Shown in pieces: positions 62,826-64,000 of a stretch of 64,000 nucleotides of DNA. The position numbers and the translations under genes were made by a program. Where the stretch lies: contig CBDCTH010000012.1 in assembly GCA_965222155.1 (NCBI GenBank), forward strand, positions 2,880,001-2,944,000, written 5' to 3'. Each line of letters begins with the position of its first letter. Positions within the stretch are counted from its first letter, which is position 1. The stretch comes from Gammaproteobacteria bacterium (GTDB taxonomy: Bacteria > Pseudomonadota > Gammaproteobacteria > Eutrophobiales > Eutrophobiaceae). The notes beneath the pieces were generated by a model, which had not been told where the DNA came from, made no database searches, and saw only the letters and a program-made list of their open reading frames with translations.

Positions 62826-63722
62826 CTAATCGAGCGCTGCCAGGAATTGGTTTACCACTTCCATAAAGCACTCACGTTGATCAAGATGCAGGCAATGTGA
62901 GGCAGCGGGAATCACACTCAGTCGCGCGTCCGGTGTCAGCTTCGCCCATTCTGCGCATGCTGCCGGCGTTCCCTGGTCGAATTCACCGCAAACATAGAGC
63001 GTCGGCGCGCTGATATTCCTTAACGCGGCGCTGCAATCATACCCGTTCAGGCTACCGGTCGCGCGGAAATCGGTGGAACCCCACATGACCTCGAATTGTT
63101 TTTGATTGATTATTTCAAATGATTTCGATAATTGCGCGGGCCACGGTTTCAATCGACAAAAATACTCATTCGAGTATGTTTCTACGGCTGCAAGATACCC
63201 TGCGCTGTCGACAGTACCGTCACTCTCATGGCTATCCAATGTCTCATAAATATCAGGCGCCAATCGACGGCGCAGCATCGATTGATCCCTGCGCCAGCGC
63301 GGCTCGCTGATGAACGGGCTTGCCAGGGCCAGCCCACGCAATCCAACCGGTTGCCTGGCCGCGTGGTTGGCGACGACAGTTCCTCCCCATGAGTGCCCCA
63401 AAAGATAAATATCATCATCCAGTCCCAAGGCTTCTCGAACTGTCTCCAGTTCAGAGACGTAGTAATCCAAGGTCCAATTGTCCTGCCTCAGCGGCCGGTC
63501 CGAATTTCCGCATTCCAGTTGATCATAAAAATAGACAGGACGGTGCGTGGCCAGGTCACTCAGACCAAGCAGATAATGGTGTGATAATCCTGGCCCGCCG
63601 TGGACAACCAGCAGTGGTGTATTGCCCGTATCAGACCGGTCTGCCCCGATACTGAGACACCAGATTCGGTCTCCGAACTCATTCTCAATATACTTTCCTG
63701 CGTCAGGCGCTTTTCTTTCCAT
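62826..63722 (-). CDS. Proline iminopeptidase-family hydrolase / L-amino acid amidase
   Basis: HGGPG, YDQLECGNS, GHSWGG, GEFD, SH. Confidence 0.87.
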   Translation of the reverse strand: MERKAPDAGKYIENEFGDRIWCLSIGADRSDTGNTPLLVVHGGPGLSHHYLLGLSDLATHRPVYFYDQLECGNSDRPLRQDNWTLDYYVSELETVREALGLDDDIYLLGHSWGGTVVANHAARQPVGLRGLALASPFISEPRWRRDQSMLRRRLAPDIYETLDSHESDGTVDSAGYLAAVETYSNEYFCRLKPWPAQLSKSFEIINQKQFEVMWGSTDFRATGSLNGYDCSAALRNISAPTLYVCGEFDQGTPAACAEWAKLTPDARLSVIPAASHCLHLDQRECFMEVVNQFLAALD

Positions 63723-63734
63723 CCGCTTCAGTGC

Positions 63735-63986
63735 TAGCCCGGATTTCTCACCAGGTCGCTGGTTGTTATCGGAAACGTCAATGTGCTGTCAGTAAGTTAT
63801 GGTAATATTCTCAATATCCCGTCATTACAGACTGCGCTTGATGCGCCCTCGCTTGTCTTTTTGCCGCCCGCAGGGCGCCCGTAGGGTGTGCGCCAGAGCC
63901 TGCCCCTGTATGGAGTTGAGCAGGGGGAAGGCGCACATCTAAAATCCGGCGCGATCATCGCATCAACTGGTGAGAAATCCGGGCTA
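63735..63986. mobile_element. Palindromic MITE/RPE-like element, copy 4 (composite)
   Basis: Ends TAGCCCGGATTTCTCACCA are identical to copy 2; carries the nested module also found in copy 1; left repeat is split by 83 bp. Confidence 0.85.
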
Positions 63987-64000
63987 GAAATTATAATTGA

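Overview
Chromosomal window from a gammaproteobacterium. Positions 1-47.1 kb are mostly core genes: a RelA/SpoT-type small alarmone synthetase, ppk1-phoU-pstBACS-phoRB, dnaA (with no dnaN behind it), rpmH-rnpA-yidD-yidC-mnmE, LPS glycosyltransferases mixed with ilvE, pyrF, a BstYI/BglII-like type II R-M pair with both genes frameshifted at homopolymers, tatABC, hisAFIE, polA, mgtE, the kdsD-lptCAB-rpoN-hpf-ptsN-HPr-ptsI cluster, an SMR transporter and murU. Positions 47.2-64 kb are an accessory region: AmaB-like aldehyde dehydrogenase, two GcvA/GcdR-like LysRs, a divergent KamA-family radical-SAM aminomutase with a class-III aminotransferase, a 2137-aa serralysin/RTX protein, an Mcd-like remnant, an AmaA-like FAD oxidase and a proline-iminopeptidase-family amidase. 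Two observations stand out. (1) A family of ~162-bp palindromic TA-targeting elements has 4 copies with covarying stems and nested sub-modules, and one copy is inserted in-frame in yidD, adding 54 aa. (2) A putative LysR-co-regulated lysine/beta-amino-acid/pipecolate pathway links an aminomutase to AmaA/AmaB-like enzymes. All family calls come from motif recognition by eye; no database searches were run.
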